Both the position numbers and the translations under genes were made by a program. DNA of 63,933 nucleotides, filler included. It is 22 parts of 22 records of this genome, joined end to end, with 100 filler letters (N's around TTAATTAATTAA, not from the genome) between each part and the next. Parts side by side here need not be neighbours in the genome. Positions count along the whole stretch, not along the records: positions 26,052 to 29,085 come from SRR16133337_81573; positions 29,186 to 33,195 come from SRR16133337_81913; positions 33,296 to 37,686 come from SRR16133337_81921; 19 more parts are not named here. One strand, given 5' to 3'. Under the pieces are notes generated by a model. It was not told the DNA's origin, searched no databases, and saw only the letters and a program-made list of their open reading frames with translations. Below are positions 26,485 through 37,623 of the stretch, in pieces (position 1 is the stretch's first letter; every line of letters starts with the position of its first letter).

Positions 26485-28809
26485 ATGATGCTGTCCCAAC
26501 CATCACCCATTCGTTCCTTCTCTGGTCCTCTCGACGCGCTAAACATGTCCCTAACTCCGCCTGCTATGTCAATTTCTCGTAGTTCATCAGGTAGTTTTGG
26601 TGACCAAGGGAATGGCGTAAGAACAAGCCTTCCGACAACCGGGGCAACGGAGATGGGAATACCGAAAATCTCTCGTAAAACACTCACAGCTCTCTTCCAG
26701 GGCAATTACCGCGATGTTTTCGATCATTTCTGTCTTATTGATTGTCGATATCCCTACGAATATGCAGGTACATTGATAAATTCATTTTTGGGCTTGAAAA
26801 TGGAATGATATGTAAATACACTCTTGCACTCCCGCCTCTCTTCCACAACTTCCTACTCCTCGCTCCACACTTTCAAAAAATAGCATTTGTTTTATATTGA
26901 AAAAATTACCAACGTTTTTCGCATTTTTGTGAAAATTTTGTGGGTTTTGTCATATTTTACAATGCAAAATAAATGTTTATTTTGTAGGACTTATGAAAAT
27001 TATATTTTTAGATGGCGTGAATTCCAAAAGTTGCTTCCAACGAAAGTTTTCTTTCCACCCGGGTGAATTGAAAGTAGGGTTTGAGTTTATTTCGTCTTGG
27101 TTTGTGTCCCATTGAGCATGTAATTATTGGTCGTTTTGCATTTTATGATGTTCGAAGTCTTTCAATTGCTGCACCGAAAATTTTGTTTATGGGATCTGGG
27201 AGGTTTCCTGTCGCTTGAGTGTGTATTTCGTTTCACTTTTTGTTGATGTGAAAAACACGAAACATATTCACTATCTTTCGTTCAGGCGAACAAAATTTCA
27301 TCAATATTTTCAATGTTTGGCATATTTATTTAATTTTCCTTGAGTTAACGGAGAATATATAATTATGAACATAATCCAACGAACGAACTTGTAAGACGGA
27401 TTAAAATTTACACAGCTTAATGGAACGGGTGGTGTGGGTATGACTAAGAAAAATTGAATTTTAGGCACAACACCCTTTTTTGTTCGCGATTTTTGGGGTG
27501 GGTGGGGTGGGGGGTGTGTGTGTGTAGTTGCTGAAACATGGTGCAGGAGTCTGAATTTTTATGTTTAGGTTGTAATTTTTGTTTGTTTTGTTTTAGGCGG
27601 TCACGTTCAAGGTGCAATTAACATGAATGAGAAAAAACACATATCCTCATTCTACGAGGCAAATAAGAACACCCCATCGAATATATGTCTTATTTTTCAT
27701 TGCGAATTTTCGAAGAGTCGTGGCCCAAAATCGGCATCGCATTTCAGGAAATTGGACAGGTCACATAACCGGTACCCAAAACTCACATTTCCTGAAATCT
27801 ACATACTTGATGGTGGATACAAGGAATTCTTTCATGCAAACTTTTGTAAACAGTATGTACCCCGCAGTGACACGCATTTTTGTTGGGGTTGGAACGCTTG
27901 ATACAAAATTGTTTTTGAGTCTTTCACTTTTTTGTTGTCTTTTTCTTAAGGCTGTGCGAGGTTTAATGTGGTAAGAATCGCCAGACTACCTACAAACATT
28001 TTTTGGGAAATTAAAAAAAGATGTTTTTGGGAAATTCTGAGGTACTCATGGCATTTTTTTAAAAAAGACAATTTTCGAATGGTTTCCAGATGCATTGGGC
28101 GCTCTGTCCAAAAAAATAGAGGAAAAAATGATTTTTGTGAACGGTGTACATTGTTGTATTCCCTGATTTGTTTAAATTTTGGTTTCTAGCACAATATGTT
28201 GGTTGTATTGAAGTACTAGGAATGTCATGAGAGGGTGTGAGGGAGAAAAAATAAGTGTTTTTCGAAGCCAATTGAACTTGAAATGAAATTTCCGATTGTT
28301 GTAGTGAAAATCTATGTTCGCATATTTCGTGTGTTTTTAATTCGCAGCTGGATTTTACCCGAACGATTTTTTGTGAAAAAAATGAAATAATTTACACGAC
28401 CTTACAAAACGTTGTCTTATTTGAAATTGAACACACAAACTTTTTATCCAATTTCTTCAACACCAAACTGGCAAAATACACAATTATATTCATACACCTG
28501 GCGGTTTTTCATGAAATTTTCATTGCTCACAAGATCAAGTGAACACACAACGCACAGTTACGAAACCGACACATAAATTAAATAAGAAGAATATGTTCTA
28601 AATGTCTTTGTGTTTTTGTATGTTTTAGGTTCTGTAAACCATTGTCGTATGTTTCTCAGTTTGATAAGAGATTCTCTGATCAAAACCGCATGTGTACAAG
28701 CAAAAACAGGAAAGATTGGAATGGAAAAAATCCTCAAAAAAGAGCCACGCGCCAGCGGACTCCTGCGAGTTCTGTTGATCTTTCTCGAACAATGTTTCAT
28801 TATCGATAA
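26485..28809 (+). CDS. cdc25: Cdc25 (M-phase inducer) phosphatase; exons 26485-26767, 27597-27852, 28629-28809
   Basis: Spliced product has [20 protein letters not shown], catalytic IFHCEFSKSRGP, YPKLTFPEIYILDGGYKEFF and FCKPLSYV. Splice phases are consistent. Confidence 0.92.
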
Positions 28810-29300
28810 TTTCTAGTGTAGTAAAATGAAGATGTCTGGGGTAACTTTTGTGGAGATTTCAATTTAGAAATATTTAAAAAAAATCAAAAAGCTGAAAATT
28901 TGTGGTTGATTTGTTGATTCGATTCAACATTCGCGAAGTGTGTGCCTGGTGGGTTATCATATCCACGCTCAATATTTGGAATTCGAGCTGGGTGGAGTTA
29001 ATTTGGTTTTGATCATGAATTCTACATGTGCATTTTTGTTGGGGCTATTACATGTAAATTGTGAAAAAGTGAAGTTTCCACCTACNNNNNNNNNNNNNNN
29101 NNNNNNNNNNNNNNNNNNNNNNNNNNNNNTTAATTAATTAANNNNNNNNNNNNNNNNNNNNNNNNNNNNNNNNNNNNNNNNNNNNCATTGGAGGAATTCA
29201 AATAAATATCTTGCGGATTTATGGATTTATTAAAACAAAAACAATTTACTATTCGTATTTTCGTTTTTTAAAAAGCAACTCTTTAAAATATAAAGTATAT

Positions 29301-29990
29301 ATGTTAGCCATGTTTCAGCAAATAGGAGTCGATGCAGAAACCGTAGTCTCAGAAGAAAAAACACTTTCTATCTATAAATTAATTATGGAAAGCGGTCTAG
29401 GTGGACAAATTATCATTGGCATTTTATTGATCTTATTAACCGTTTCGTTATATCTCTATTTTGAACGTTTTTTTGCGATCAAAACGGCAAGTACGATTGA
29501 TAAAGATTTTATGAATCAAATTAAAGATCATGTAGCAAATGGTAGTTTGGAAGCCGCAAAATCATTATGTTTAACTTTAGAAACCCCTGTTTCTAATTTG
29601 ATAGGAACCGGTATTTCACGAATAGGAAAACCTTTAGAAGACATCCATACCGCAATTGAAAATGCTGGAAAGTTAGAAATATACAAGTTAGAAAGCAACA
29701 TCAGTGTGATCGCAACCATTGCTGGAGCAGCTCCAATGATTGGATTCTTAGGAACCGTAATTGGAATGATTATTTCAATTCATGAAATTGCAAATGCTGG
29801 CGGACAAATAGACATCAAATTGTTGGCAGATGGATTGTATACAGCCATGACCACAACAGTTGGTGGGTTAATTGTTGGAATTATTTCCTATATTTCCTAC
29901 AATCATTTGGTCGTAAAGACGGATAAAGTTATCTATCAGATGGAAGCCAAATCAGTAGAGTTCTTAGATTTATTAAATGAACCCGTTTAG
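29301..29990 (+). CDS. exbB: MotA/TolQ/ExbB proton channel family protein
   Basis: ATIAGAAPMIGFLGTVIGMI and ADGLYTAMTTTVGGLIVGI motifs; precedes exbD. ATG at 29301 preferred over the upstream TTG. Confidence 0.93.
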   Translation: MLAMFQQIGVDAETVVSEEKTLSIYKLIMESGLGGQIIIGILLILLTVSLYLYFERFFAIKTASTIDKDFMNQIKDHVANGSLEAAKSLCLTLETPVSNLIGTGISRIGKPLEDIHTAIENAGKLEIYKLESNISVIATIAGAAPMIGFLGTVIGMIISIHEIANAGGQIDIKLLADGLYTAMTTTVGGLIVGIISYISYNHLVVKTDKVIYQMEAKSVEFLDLLNEPV

Positions 29991-30033
29991 AAAAAGGAGC
30001 AAAGTTTCAAAATCATGATTCAACAAGTAAAGG

Positions 30034-30426
30034 ATGAATATAAGAGGTAGAAATAAAGTAAATCCTAATTTCAACATGTCCTCGATGACGGATATTGTTT
30101 TTTTACTGTTGCTCTTTTTTATGTTAACCTCTACATTGGTCACTGTAACCGCTATTGATGTACTATTACCAAAAGCAGGAGGGAAGACAGAAAATAAAGG
30201 AACCGTAGCCGTCTCAATTACAAAAGATGCGAAATTTTATGTAGATCGTAAAGAAATTGCCAAGGCAAATTTAGAAAGTGTCCTAAAAAAACAATTTTCA
30301 GGGGAATCTCCTAAAACTTTAGTCATTCGTGGAGACCAAGAAGTGTCTTACAAAAACATCATGTATGTGATTGACATCGCTAATAGAAATAAAATCAAAA
30401 TGATTTTAGCCGTAAAAGGAATGTAA
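30034..30426 (+). CDS. exbD: Biopolymer transporter ExbD
   Basis: FNMSSMTDIVFLLLLFFML TM segment with conserved Asp; VIRGD motif. Confidence 0.95.
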   Translation: MNIRGRNKVNPNFNMSSMTDIVFLLLLFFMLTSTLVTVTAIDVLLPKAGGKTENKGTVAVSITKDAKFYVDRKEIAKANLESVLKKQFSGESPKTLVIRGDQEVSYKNIMYVIDIANRNKIKMILAVKGM

Positions 30427-30605
30427 TTTTCAAAGGGGATTCTGTGATACTTCCCCCAATTCCGTTTTCGGAGAATTTAGGGACTTTGTTTTTGGCTTTT
30501 GACTTTTGGCTACTGCTTAAAGCCTACAGCCAGAAAGGAAGTTGGTTGAATATATTCTGTAAACCCATTTAAAAAATCTAAAATTTTCAAAATCTTTAAA
30601 AACAG

Positions 30606-31442
30606 ATGCCCTATTTAAAAACAAATCCTCAAAAAAAGGCAGCAGTCATAACCGCAGTTTTGATGAGTTTGTTATTATTAGTGATGTACTTTTTTGGAAT
30701 GCACTATCTAGATCCTCCTGAGGAATATGGAATTGCCATCAATTTTGGGACTTCAGAACTGGGAAAGGGTTCTACAAAAATCCAAGAAATCGTAAAATCA
30801 TCTCCTGAGCCAACACCATCAAAACAAGAAGTTGCCAAAATACAAGAAACCCCTTTAGAAGAGATTAAAGAAGAGGTATTAACACAACAAAATACAGAAA
30901 CACCCGTAGTTCAAAAAGAAGTTCCGAAAAAAAAGACACCCACTCCTAAAACAAGCCCCCAAGAAATTGTAAAGAAAGTCGTGGAAAAAGAAGCTCCAAA
31001 ACTTTCTAAAGAAACCCAGAATGTCTTGTCTAATTTGTTAAAAGGAAATAAGTCAGATGGAAATCCCTCTAAAGGAGAAGGAGAGAATGTAGAATCGGGT
31101 TTAAAAGGAAAAGAAGACGGAGATCCTACTTCTTTAAAATACTATGGAAATGGAGCTAGTGGAGGGGATATAAATTATAATTTATCAGGACGAAAACCAT
31201 TGATTCGACCGATTATAAAACCCAATTGCAACGAAGAAGGAATTGTAGTTGTGAATATAGAGGTAGATAAATCTGGGAAAGTTATCAGAGCAGTACCCGG
31301 TGTAAAAGGAAGTACAAATACAGCTCCCTGTTTATTAAAACCCGCCAAAGAGGCGGCCGAAAAAACAACATGGAATGCAGATGGAGATGCCCCTGTAAAA
31401 CAAGTCGGTATCATCATTTATAGATTTTCTTTATCAGAATAA
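30606..31442 (+). CDS. tonB: Energy transducer TonB family protein
   Basis: N-terminal TM helix, Lys/Glu/Pro-rich linker, C-terminal EEGIVVVNIEVDKSGKVIRA domain; follows exbBD. Confidence 0.85.
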   Translation: MPYLKTNPQKKAAVITAVLMSLLLLVMYFFGMHYLDPPEEYGIAINFGTSELGKGSTKIQEIVKSSPEPTPSKQEVAKIQETPLEEIKEEVLTQQNTETPVVQKEVPKKKTPTPKTSPQEIVKKVVEKEAPKLSKETQNVLSNLLKGNKSDGNPSKGEGENVESGLKGKEDGDPTSLKYYGNGASGGDINYNLSGRKPLIRPIIKPNCNEEGIVVVNIEVDKSGKVIRAVPGVKGSTNTAPCLLKPAKEAAEKTTWNADGDAPVKQVGIIIYRFSLSE

Positions 31443-31555
31443 GAGACTCCATCCAACTTCCTTTTCAGATTTTTACCCTAAACTTGCCGAAGGGTTTCCT
31501 TTTTCCTTTTTTCAGTCAAAAAGCGACCATCAGAAACCGTAATTCGTAAATCAAA

Positions 31556-32776
31556 ATGACCTACCAAGAAACCCTAGATTGGATGTTTGCCCAGTTACCA
31601 GTATACCAAAAACAAGGAGCGACAGCTTATAACAAAGGGCTATCCCCTACTTTGTTATTCGCAAATAAACTAAACCATCCCGAAAACAATTTTAAAAGCA
31701 TCCATGTAGCAGGAACCAATGGAAAAGGGTCTACCTGCCATATGTTGGCTTCGGTATTGCAAGAAGCAGGTTATAAAGTAGGACTGTATACTTCTCCACA
31801 TTTAAAAGATTTTAGAGAGCGAATTAAAATAAATGGACAAGAAATTTCTGAAAAAGTAATCCTAGACTTTATTGCCCTAAACCGATCTTTTCTTGAAAAC
31901 AATCACTTGTCTTTTTTTGAAATGACGGTAGGTTTGGCTTTTCAATATTTTAGTGACGAACGGGTAGATTTCGCCGTTGTTGAAGTCGGTTTAGGAGGAC
32001 GTTTAGATTCCACCAATATCTTAATGCCTGAAGTTTCAGTAATTACCAATATCGGTTTGGATCACACGCAATTTTTAGGAGATACTTTAGAAAAAATTGC
32101 TTTTGAAAAAGGGGGAGTTATTAAAAAAAAGATCCCTATCGTTATTGGTGAATATCAAAAAGAGACGTTCCCAATATTTAAAAAATTAGCCGAAGAAAAT
32201 AAGGCATCCTTGTATCTGGCATCAAAACTTGTCGTTAAAAAAGTAGCCTCAGATTTAAAAGGAGGTTATCAAAAACACAATATAAAGACCGTTGTTCAAG
32301 TGGTTTCTATTTTAAAAGAAAAGGGATTTAAGATTTCAGCATCCACTCTTTTTAAAGGTTTGGGTAAAGTGGTATCAAATACAGGTTTGTTAGGAAGGTG
32401 GCAGGTTTTAAAAAAGAAGCCTAAAACCATTTGTGATACGGCACATAATAGAGAAGGGTTGAGGTATACCCTGGAACAATTGAAAAACGAGTCCTTTGAA
32501 AACTTACATATCGTTTTGGGAATGGTAAAAGACAAAGATTTGTCTTTTGTTTTACCCTTATTTCCAAAAAAGGCACGTTATTATTTTTGCAAACCCAATT
32601 TAGAAAGAGGTTTGGAAGTAGAGGCCTTACAACGACAAGCAATGCAGTTTGGATTGCAAGGATTCTGTTTTAAATCTGTAAGTCAAGCCTATAAATCAGC
32701 ACAAAAACAAGCTTCCAAAAAGGACTGTATTTACATTGGTGGAAGTACCTTTGTGGTTGCAGAAATTTTATCCTAA
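31556..32776 (+). CDS. folC: Bifunctional folylpolyglutamate synthase/dihydrofolate synthase
   Basis: IHVAGTNGKGS, YTSPHL, EVGLGGRLDSTN, CDTAHN motifs. Confidence 0.97.
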   Translation: MTYQETLDWMFAQLPVYQKQGATAYNKGLSPTLLFANKLNHPENNFKSIHVAGTNGKGSTCHMLASVLQEAGYKVGLYTSPHLKDFRERIKINGQEISEKVILDFIALNRSFLENNHLSFFEMTVGLAFQYFSDERVDFAVVEVGLGGRLDSTNILMPEVSVITNIGLDHTQFLGDTLEKIAFEKGGVIKKKIPIVIGEYQKETFPIFKKLAEENKASLYLASKLVVKKVASDLKGGYQKHNIKTVVQVVSILKEKGFKISASTLFKGLGKVVSNTGLLGRWQVLKKKPKTICDTAHNREGLRYTLEQLKNESFENLHIVLGMVKDKDLSFVLPLFPKKARYYFCKPNLERGLEVEALQRQAMQFGLQGFCFKSVSQAYKSAQKQASKKDCIYIGGSTFVVAEILS

Positions 32777-32781
32777 AAATA

Positions 32782-32812
32782 TTGGTGAATCTAAATATCT
32801 ATCTTATATTTG
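32782..32812 (+). promoter_or_regulatory. Bacteroidetes housekeeping promoter of tRNA-Val
   Basis: TTG (32782-32784), 20-nt spacer, TATATTTG (32805-32812), matching the -33 TTG / -7 TAnnTTTG consensus. Confidence 0.75.
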
Positions 32813-32822
32813 CCACCGTTGA

Positions 32823-32897
32823 GGGCAATTAGCTCAGCTGGTTCAGAGCACCTCGTTTACACCGAGGGGGTCGGGGGTTCGAATCCCTCATTGCCCA
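32823..32897 (+). tRNA. tRNA-Val(TAC)
   Basis: Acceptor stem GGGCAAT/ATTGCCC, D arm AGCTCAGCTGGTTCAGAGC, anticodon arm CCTCG-TTTACAC-CGAGG, T loop GGTTCGAATCC. CCA not encoded. Confidence 0.97.
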
Positions 32898-32905
32898 CAC
32901 GATAG

Positions 32906-32942
32906 GACTTCTTCCTTTTTTTGGTTGGAGTCTTTTTTTTTC
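32906..32942 (+). terminator. Probable intrinsic terminator after tRNA-Val
   Basis: Imperfect stem GACTTCTTCC/GGTTGGAGTC followed by a T-run. Confidence 0.5.
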
Positions 32943-33195
32943 AAATAAGATTCCTTGTCAATTAGATCGTCTAAGAATCCGTTGACGAGCTATCGAGTTT
33001 CGCCTTTGTTTTTTCAATTTGCATTTCAAGTTGAACGCCAAAAGAGACCCAATTTTTCTGCTTGTGTCTTTCCCATTCCAACACACGCTTATTCATCTCG
33101 TTCAACCAATTGGGCTTCAATTGACAGGACTTATTTTTTCTGACTATTTGCTCTGCCACGTGAGAGTTTGGGATACATTTTTTGTTTGAAATCGA
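32930..33195 (-). pseudogene. Frameshifted fragment resembling the coiled-coil region of a large serine recombinase
   Basis: Reads ...WLNEMNKRVLEWERHKQKNWVSFGVQLEMQIEKTKAKLD, then after a 1-nt shift near 32990 LVNGFLDDLIDKESYLKKK, matching the KLDxLxxxFLDGxIxKExYLxKK pattern of these recombinases as I recall it. Confidence 0.55.
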
Positions 33196-33295
33196 NNNNN
33201 NNNNNNNNNNNNNNNNNNNNNNNNNNNNNNNNNNNNNNNTTAATTAATTAANNNNNNNNNNNNNNNNNNNNNNNNNNNNNNNNNNNNNNNNNNNN

Positions 33296-33337
33296 ATAGC
33301 AAACCTAAAACTTTCGGGTTTCTAACTGGGCGGAGTA
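33296..33337. repeat. Partial copy (loop plus right arm) of the 66-bp palindromic bacterial element
   Basis: ATAGCAAACCTAAAACTTTCGG-GTTTCTAACTGGGCGGAGTA at the contig start. Confidence 0.9.
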
Positions 33338-33391
33338 CATCATAAAACCCTTTATAGATTATTCGTATTTTAGCCACTAAAATAAAATCTC

Positions 33392-35089
33392 TTGAAAAAC
33401 AACATTCTCTTTTTTCTCTCTTTCTTTTTCTTTAGCAACAGCCTTAGAAGTCAGCAAACATACCCTCAAAATTATTTTAGAAAGCCTTTGGACATTCCTT
33501 TGATACTTTCTGGAACTTTTGGAGAATTGAGAACAAATCACTTTCATGCTGGAATCGATTTAAAAACACAACAAAAAGAAGGTTTTAAAGTATATACTGC
33601 TGCGGAAGGCTATATTTCTCGCATTAAAATTTCACATTGGGGTTATGGAAAAGCACTTTACGTAACCCATCCCAATGGATATACAACTGTATATGCACAT
33701 TTGAAAAAGTTTTCTAAAAAAATAGAAGACTATATCCGAAAAAAACAATATCAATTAGAGGAATTTGAAATTCAAGCATTTCCAAAAAAAGAGGAACTCC
33801 TTATTTCAAAAGACGAAGTAATTGCCTATTCGGGTAGTACAGGTGGGTTTATTGCCCCCCATTTGCATTTTGAAATTCGCCATACAAAAACAGAAAAAAT
33901 CATCAATCCAATGCACTTTGGTTTGGTTTTAACAGATACCAAACATCCAAAAATTCTTCATTTACGAGCCTATGCCTTAAACGATTCTTCGCACATAAAC
34001 GCAAGTAACCGACCTATACCCATTACAATCAAAGAAATTGAAAAGGGTATCTATAAGGCTCACAATATTAGTGGCTACGGAAAAATAGGGTTTGGCATCC
34101 ATACCTACGATCAACAAGATGGAGCTTTGAATAAAAATGGAGTTTATAAAATTGAAATGCTTGTCAATGATCAGACAGCTTACGAACACCGCTTAGAAAC
34201 ATTTTCATTTAAGGAATCTAAATTCATGAACTTATTGATCGACTATCCTTATTTTTCTGTACACAAAAGAAAATATCAAAAAACCTACATCCATCCAAAA
34301 AACAAATTAAGTATCTATAAAAAAACAGAAGAAAAAGGAATTCTTCTTATCGAAGACAAACGAGACTATCAAATACAAATCAAAGTAAGCGATTTTCATG
34401 GAAATACCTCTTCTTTAACCTTCTCTGTAAAAGGAGAGAAGAAACAACCAAAACTCAAAAAGAAAATCCAAAAGACTCCGTATTTTATCAACCATTTAGA
34501 ACCCATATCTTTTAAGAAATCAGGAGTTAAAGTTGAATTTCCAAAAAACACTTTTTACGATGATTTCTATTTAGATTTTAAAATAAAAGACAGTATTGCC
34601 CTAATCCATAAACCCGAAATTCCTTTGTCTAAAAGTTATACGTTGAGTTTTGAGGTAACGAATTATACAGAAGCCCAAAAAGAAAAATTATATATCGCTC
34701 GTATTCATAAGGATCACTATTTTAATTATTGCCATACCCATAAGACGGACAGTATTTTCAAAACTTCCACTAACTTTTTAGGGAGCTACAAATTACATGC
34801 AGATAACGAACCTCCTAAAATTTACGATTGTAGTTTTTACTCAGGTCAAAATCTAACAAAATATTGGTATTTTACCATTCGAGTAAAAGATGAATTATCA
34901 GGTTTAAAAACCTACAGAGGTGAAATTGATGGAAAATGGATTTTGCTAGAACTCAATGTAAAAACAAATACCTTAACTTACGAATTTCACAACAAAGAAC
35001 TTGACAAGGGAAAACATATATTTACACTATTTGCTATGGATAATGTTGGAAATACTTGTACATTTACATCTCCCTTTTATCTAAAATAA
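33392..35089 (+). CDS. M23 family metallopeptidase (Bacteroidetes type)
   Basis: GTFGELRTNHFHAGIDLK, YAHL and PHLHFEIR motifs; signal peptide. Confidence 0.93.
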   Translation: MKNNILFFLSFFFFSNSLRSQQTYPQNYFRKPLDIPLILSGTFGELRTNHFHAGIDLKTQQKEGFKVYTAAEGYISRIKISHWGYGKALYVTHPNGYTTVYAHLKKFSKKIEDYIRKKQYQLEEFEIQAFPKKEELLISKDEVIAYSGSTGGFIAPHLHFEIRHTKTEKIINPMHFGLVLTDTKHPKILHLRAYALNDSSHINASNRPIPITIKEIEKGIYKAHNISGYGKIGFGIHTYDQQDGALNKNGVYKIEMLVNDQTAYEHRLETFSFKESKFMNLLIDYPYFSVHKRKYQKTYIHPKNKLSIYKKTEEKGILLIEDKRDYQIQIKVSDFHGNTSSLTFSVKGEKKQPKLKKKIQKTPYFINHLEPISFKKSGVKVEFPKNTFYDDFYLDFKIKDSIALIHKPEIPLSKSYTLSFEVTNYTEAQKEKLYIARIHKDHYFNYCHTHKTDSIFKTSTNFLGSYKLHADNEPPKIYDCSFYSGQNLTKYWYFTIRVKDELSGLKTYRGEIDGKWILLELNVKTNTLTYEFHNKELDKGKHIFTLFAMDNVGNTCTFTSPFYLK

Positions 35090-35163
35090 CAGCGGCATTG
35101 TCAATTTTAAATGATGAATGACCGATAAAAGAGGGATAAGACCTAACAGATAAATATTTATTT

Positions 35164-37623
35164 TTGATAAAAAAATTCACATACTTTCTACTCTTTTTTT
35201 TAACAACAAATCTCTTAATTGCTCAAACAGCAACGGTAAGGGGAACGGTAAAAAACAGTAAAAGAAACCCGATAGAAGGGGTAACTATTTCTTTTGAAAA
35301 GCGGAAAGGAACCACCACGGATAAAGATGGAAAATACACACTCACCATTCCTGCTCAACAAGAAATTGTATTGATATTCAGTCATGTTGCTTATAACAAA
35401 CTCTATAAAAAAGTCAAAATCTCCAAAAACAGAACTTTCAGGTATTCACCAACACTGAGTTACAAAACAGAAGAAATAGAGGAAGTAACTATTCAGGACA
35501 AAAGAAAAGAGGTACAAGGAATTACCACGATTAAAAAATCCACACTAAAAAACCTACCCGGAGCCAATCCTGGTGTAGAAAATTTACTGATGACCTTTGC
35601 GGGTGTCAACAATAATAACGAATTGAGTACCCAATACAATGTTAGAGGAGGTAATTTTGATGAAAACCTTGTTTATGTAAACGGTATAGAAATCTACAGA
35701 CCCTTTTTAGTGAGGTCTGGGCAACAAGAAGGATTGAGCTTTGTAAACACGGAGATGATTCAGAATATAGATTTTTCTGCAGGAGGATTTCAAGCAAAAT
35801 ATGGAGATAAACTTTCCTCCGTTTTAGAAATAACCTACAGAAAACCCAAAGAAACCACCACAAATATAAATCTGAATTTATTAGGAGGTAGCGCTACTTT
35901 TGAAGGGAGGTTTCTTCAAAACAAACTCTCAACAATAACAAGTATTCGCTATAGAAACAACCAATTATTAGTCAATACAAAAGATACCGAAACAAACTAC
36001 AAACCTTTGTTTACAGACCTCCAAACTTTTTTATCCTATAAACTCTCTGAAAAATTATCGTTCGATTTTTTAGGAAATCTTTCTATCAATAACTATCACT
36101 ACACTCCTTTAACGAGAATAACTCGTTTTGGAACGATTGACAACCCTATTGAATTGGTTGTTTTTTATGAAGGAAATGAGAATGACAAATTCAACACTTT
36201 ATTCGGTGCTGTAAATACGATTTACAGACCTTCAAATGATTTAAAAGTAACATTGACAACTTCTGCTTACAACACAAAAGAAGAAGAATTTTTTGATATC
36301 ATAGGGGCTTATTCTTTAAATCAAATAAATGAAGACGAAGCATCTGCTGATTTTGGAGAAATAGAATTTAGCGAAGGAATTGGAGGTCAAATTAACCATT
36401 CTAGAAATGAATTGGATGCGTTGATTAAAAATATTCAGTTAAAGATCTCCTTAAAAAATGGAAACAACCATTACGAACTAGGAATGAAAATCCAAAAGGA
36501 AGACATTAGGGAAAGAATCAACGAATGGGAATTGATTGATTCTACAGGCTTTGCTATTCGTCCTGCAAGTCATACCGTTCCTAACAACCAACCTTCTTCT
36601 CCATACACAGGTCCTATAGAACCTTACCAGTCCATAAGAGCTGATAACAAGGTAGACATTCGTCGTTTTAGCAGTTTTGTACAATGGAGCAAAAAAACAG
36701 TGTGGAAAGAACACGAAATCTGGTATAATTTTGGAGTACGAACTCAATACTGGAATGTTAGTACTGAAGGGTTTACATCCGCTACACAGAATACGGTAAG
36801 TCCGCGTGCACAATTTACGATAAAACCCAATTGGGAACAAGACATGCTTTTTAGAGTCTCAGGAGGTTATTACCATCAACCTCCTTCTTATAAGGAATTA
36901 AAAAACGATGAAGGGGAAATTCTAAGAGATGTAAAAGCACAACAATCCTTTCATTTTGTACTTGGAAATGACTATAGTTTTCAACTGTGGGATCGCCCTT
37001 TTAAGTTAATAACAGAGGTCTATTCAAAAAAATTGACCGCGGTAAACGCTTATACGGTTGATAACGTTAGAATACGCTACAGAGCAGATAATGTGACTAC
37101 GGCTTCTGCTATTGGACTAGATATCCGTTTAAATGGTGAATTTGTTCCAGGAAATGAAAGTTGGGTAAGTTTAGGACTTTTAAAAACCACCGAAAATATA
37201 AACAATCAAGGAGAAATTCCCAGACCTACAGATCAAAGGTTTAAACTCGGAATTTTATTCCAAGACTATGTTCCTAGTATTCCTGACTTAAAAGTCTTTT
37301 TAAATCTCGTTTACAATGCTGGACTTCCTGGAGGTTCTCCTTCTTATAATGATCCTTATGCTTATCAAAGCAGACTCCCTGGATATAAAAGAGCAGATGT
37401 TGGATTTTCGTATACCATTGTAGACGATGCTAAAAAATACAAAACGGGTTTTTTAAGGGGTTTTAAAGCACTAAATATAGGTTTAGAAATCTTTAATATT
37501 TTTGACATTCAAAACACCAATACCAATACATGGGTTAGAGATGCCTATTCTAAACAGATATACGGAATACCCAACTATATGACTGGCCGTGTATTAAGTA
37601 TCCTTTTAAATTTTAGATTTTAG
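35164..37623 (+). CDS. TonB-dependent receptor with N-terminal carboxypeptidase-regulatory-like domain
   Basis: Signal peptide; plug YNVRGGNFDENLVYVNGIEIYRP; GGFQAKYGDKLSSVL; C-terminal Phe. Confidence 0.93.
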   Translation: MIKKFTYFLLFFLTTNLLIAQTATVRGTVKNSKRNPIEGVTISFEKRKGTTTDKDGKYTLTIPAQQEIVLIFSHVAYNKLYKKVKISKNRTFRYSPTLSYKTEEIEEVTIQDKRKEVQGITTIKKSTLKNLPGANPGVENLLMTFAGVNNNNELSTQYNVRGGNFDENLVYVNGIEIYRPFLVRSGQQEGLSFVNTEMIQNIDFSAGGFQAKYGDKLSSVLEITYRKPKETTTNINLNLLGGSATFEGRFLQNKLSTITSIRYRNNQLLVNTKDTETNYKPLFTDLQTFLSYKLSEKLSFDFLGNLSINNYHYTPLTRITRFGTIDNPIELVVFYEGNENDKFNTLFGAVNTIYRPSNDLKVTLTTSAYNTKEEEFFDIIGAYSLNQINEDEASADFGEIEFSEGIGGQINHSRNELDALIKNIQLKISLKNGNNHYELGMKIQKEDIRERINEWELIDSTGFAIRPASHTVPNNQPSSPYTGPIEPYQSIRADNKVDIRRFSSFVQWSKKTVWKEHEIWYNFGVRTQYWNVSTEGFTSATQNTVSPRAQFTIKPNWEQDMLFRVSGGYYHQPPSYKELKNDEGEILRDVKAQQSFHFVLGNDYSFQLWDRPFKLITEVYSKKLTAVNAYTVDNVRIRYRADNVTTASAIGLDIRLNGEFVPGNESWVSLGLLKTTENINNQGEIPRPTDQRFKLGILFQDYVPSIPDLKVFLNLVYNAGLPGGSPSYNDPYAYQSRLPGYKRADVGFSYTIVDDAKKYKTGFLRGFKALNIGLEIFNIFDIQNTNTNTWVRDAYSKQIYGIPNYMTGRVLSILLNFRF

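Noticed and set aside
29211-29300. Extended TTG-initiated N-terminus of ExbB
   Set aside because: The extension overlaps a promoter-like AT-rich region; ATG 29301 gives a typical length.
28810-29301. Bacterial genes beside eukaryotic genes as horizontal transfer or a genomic island
   Set aside because: Every eukaryote/bacterium/mitochondrion transition falls on a linker, so adjacency carries no information.
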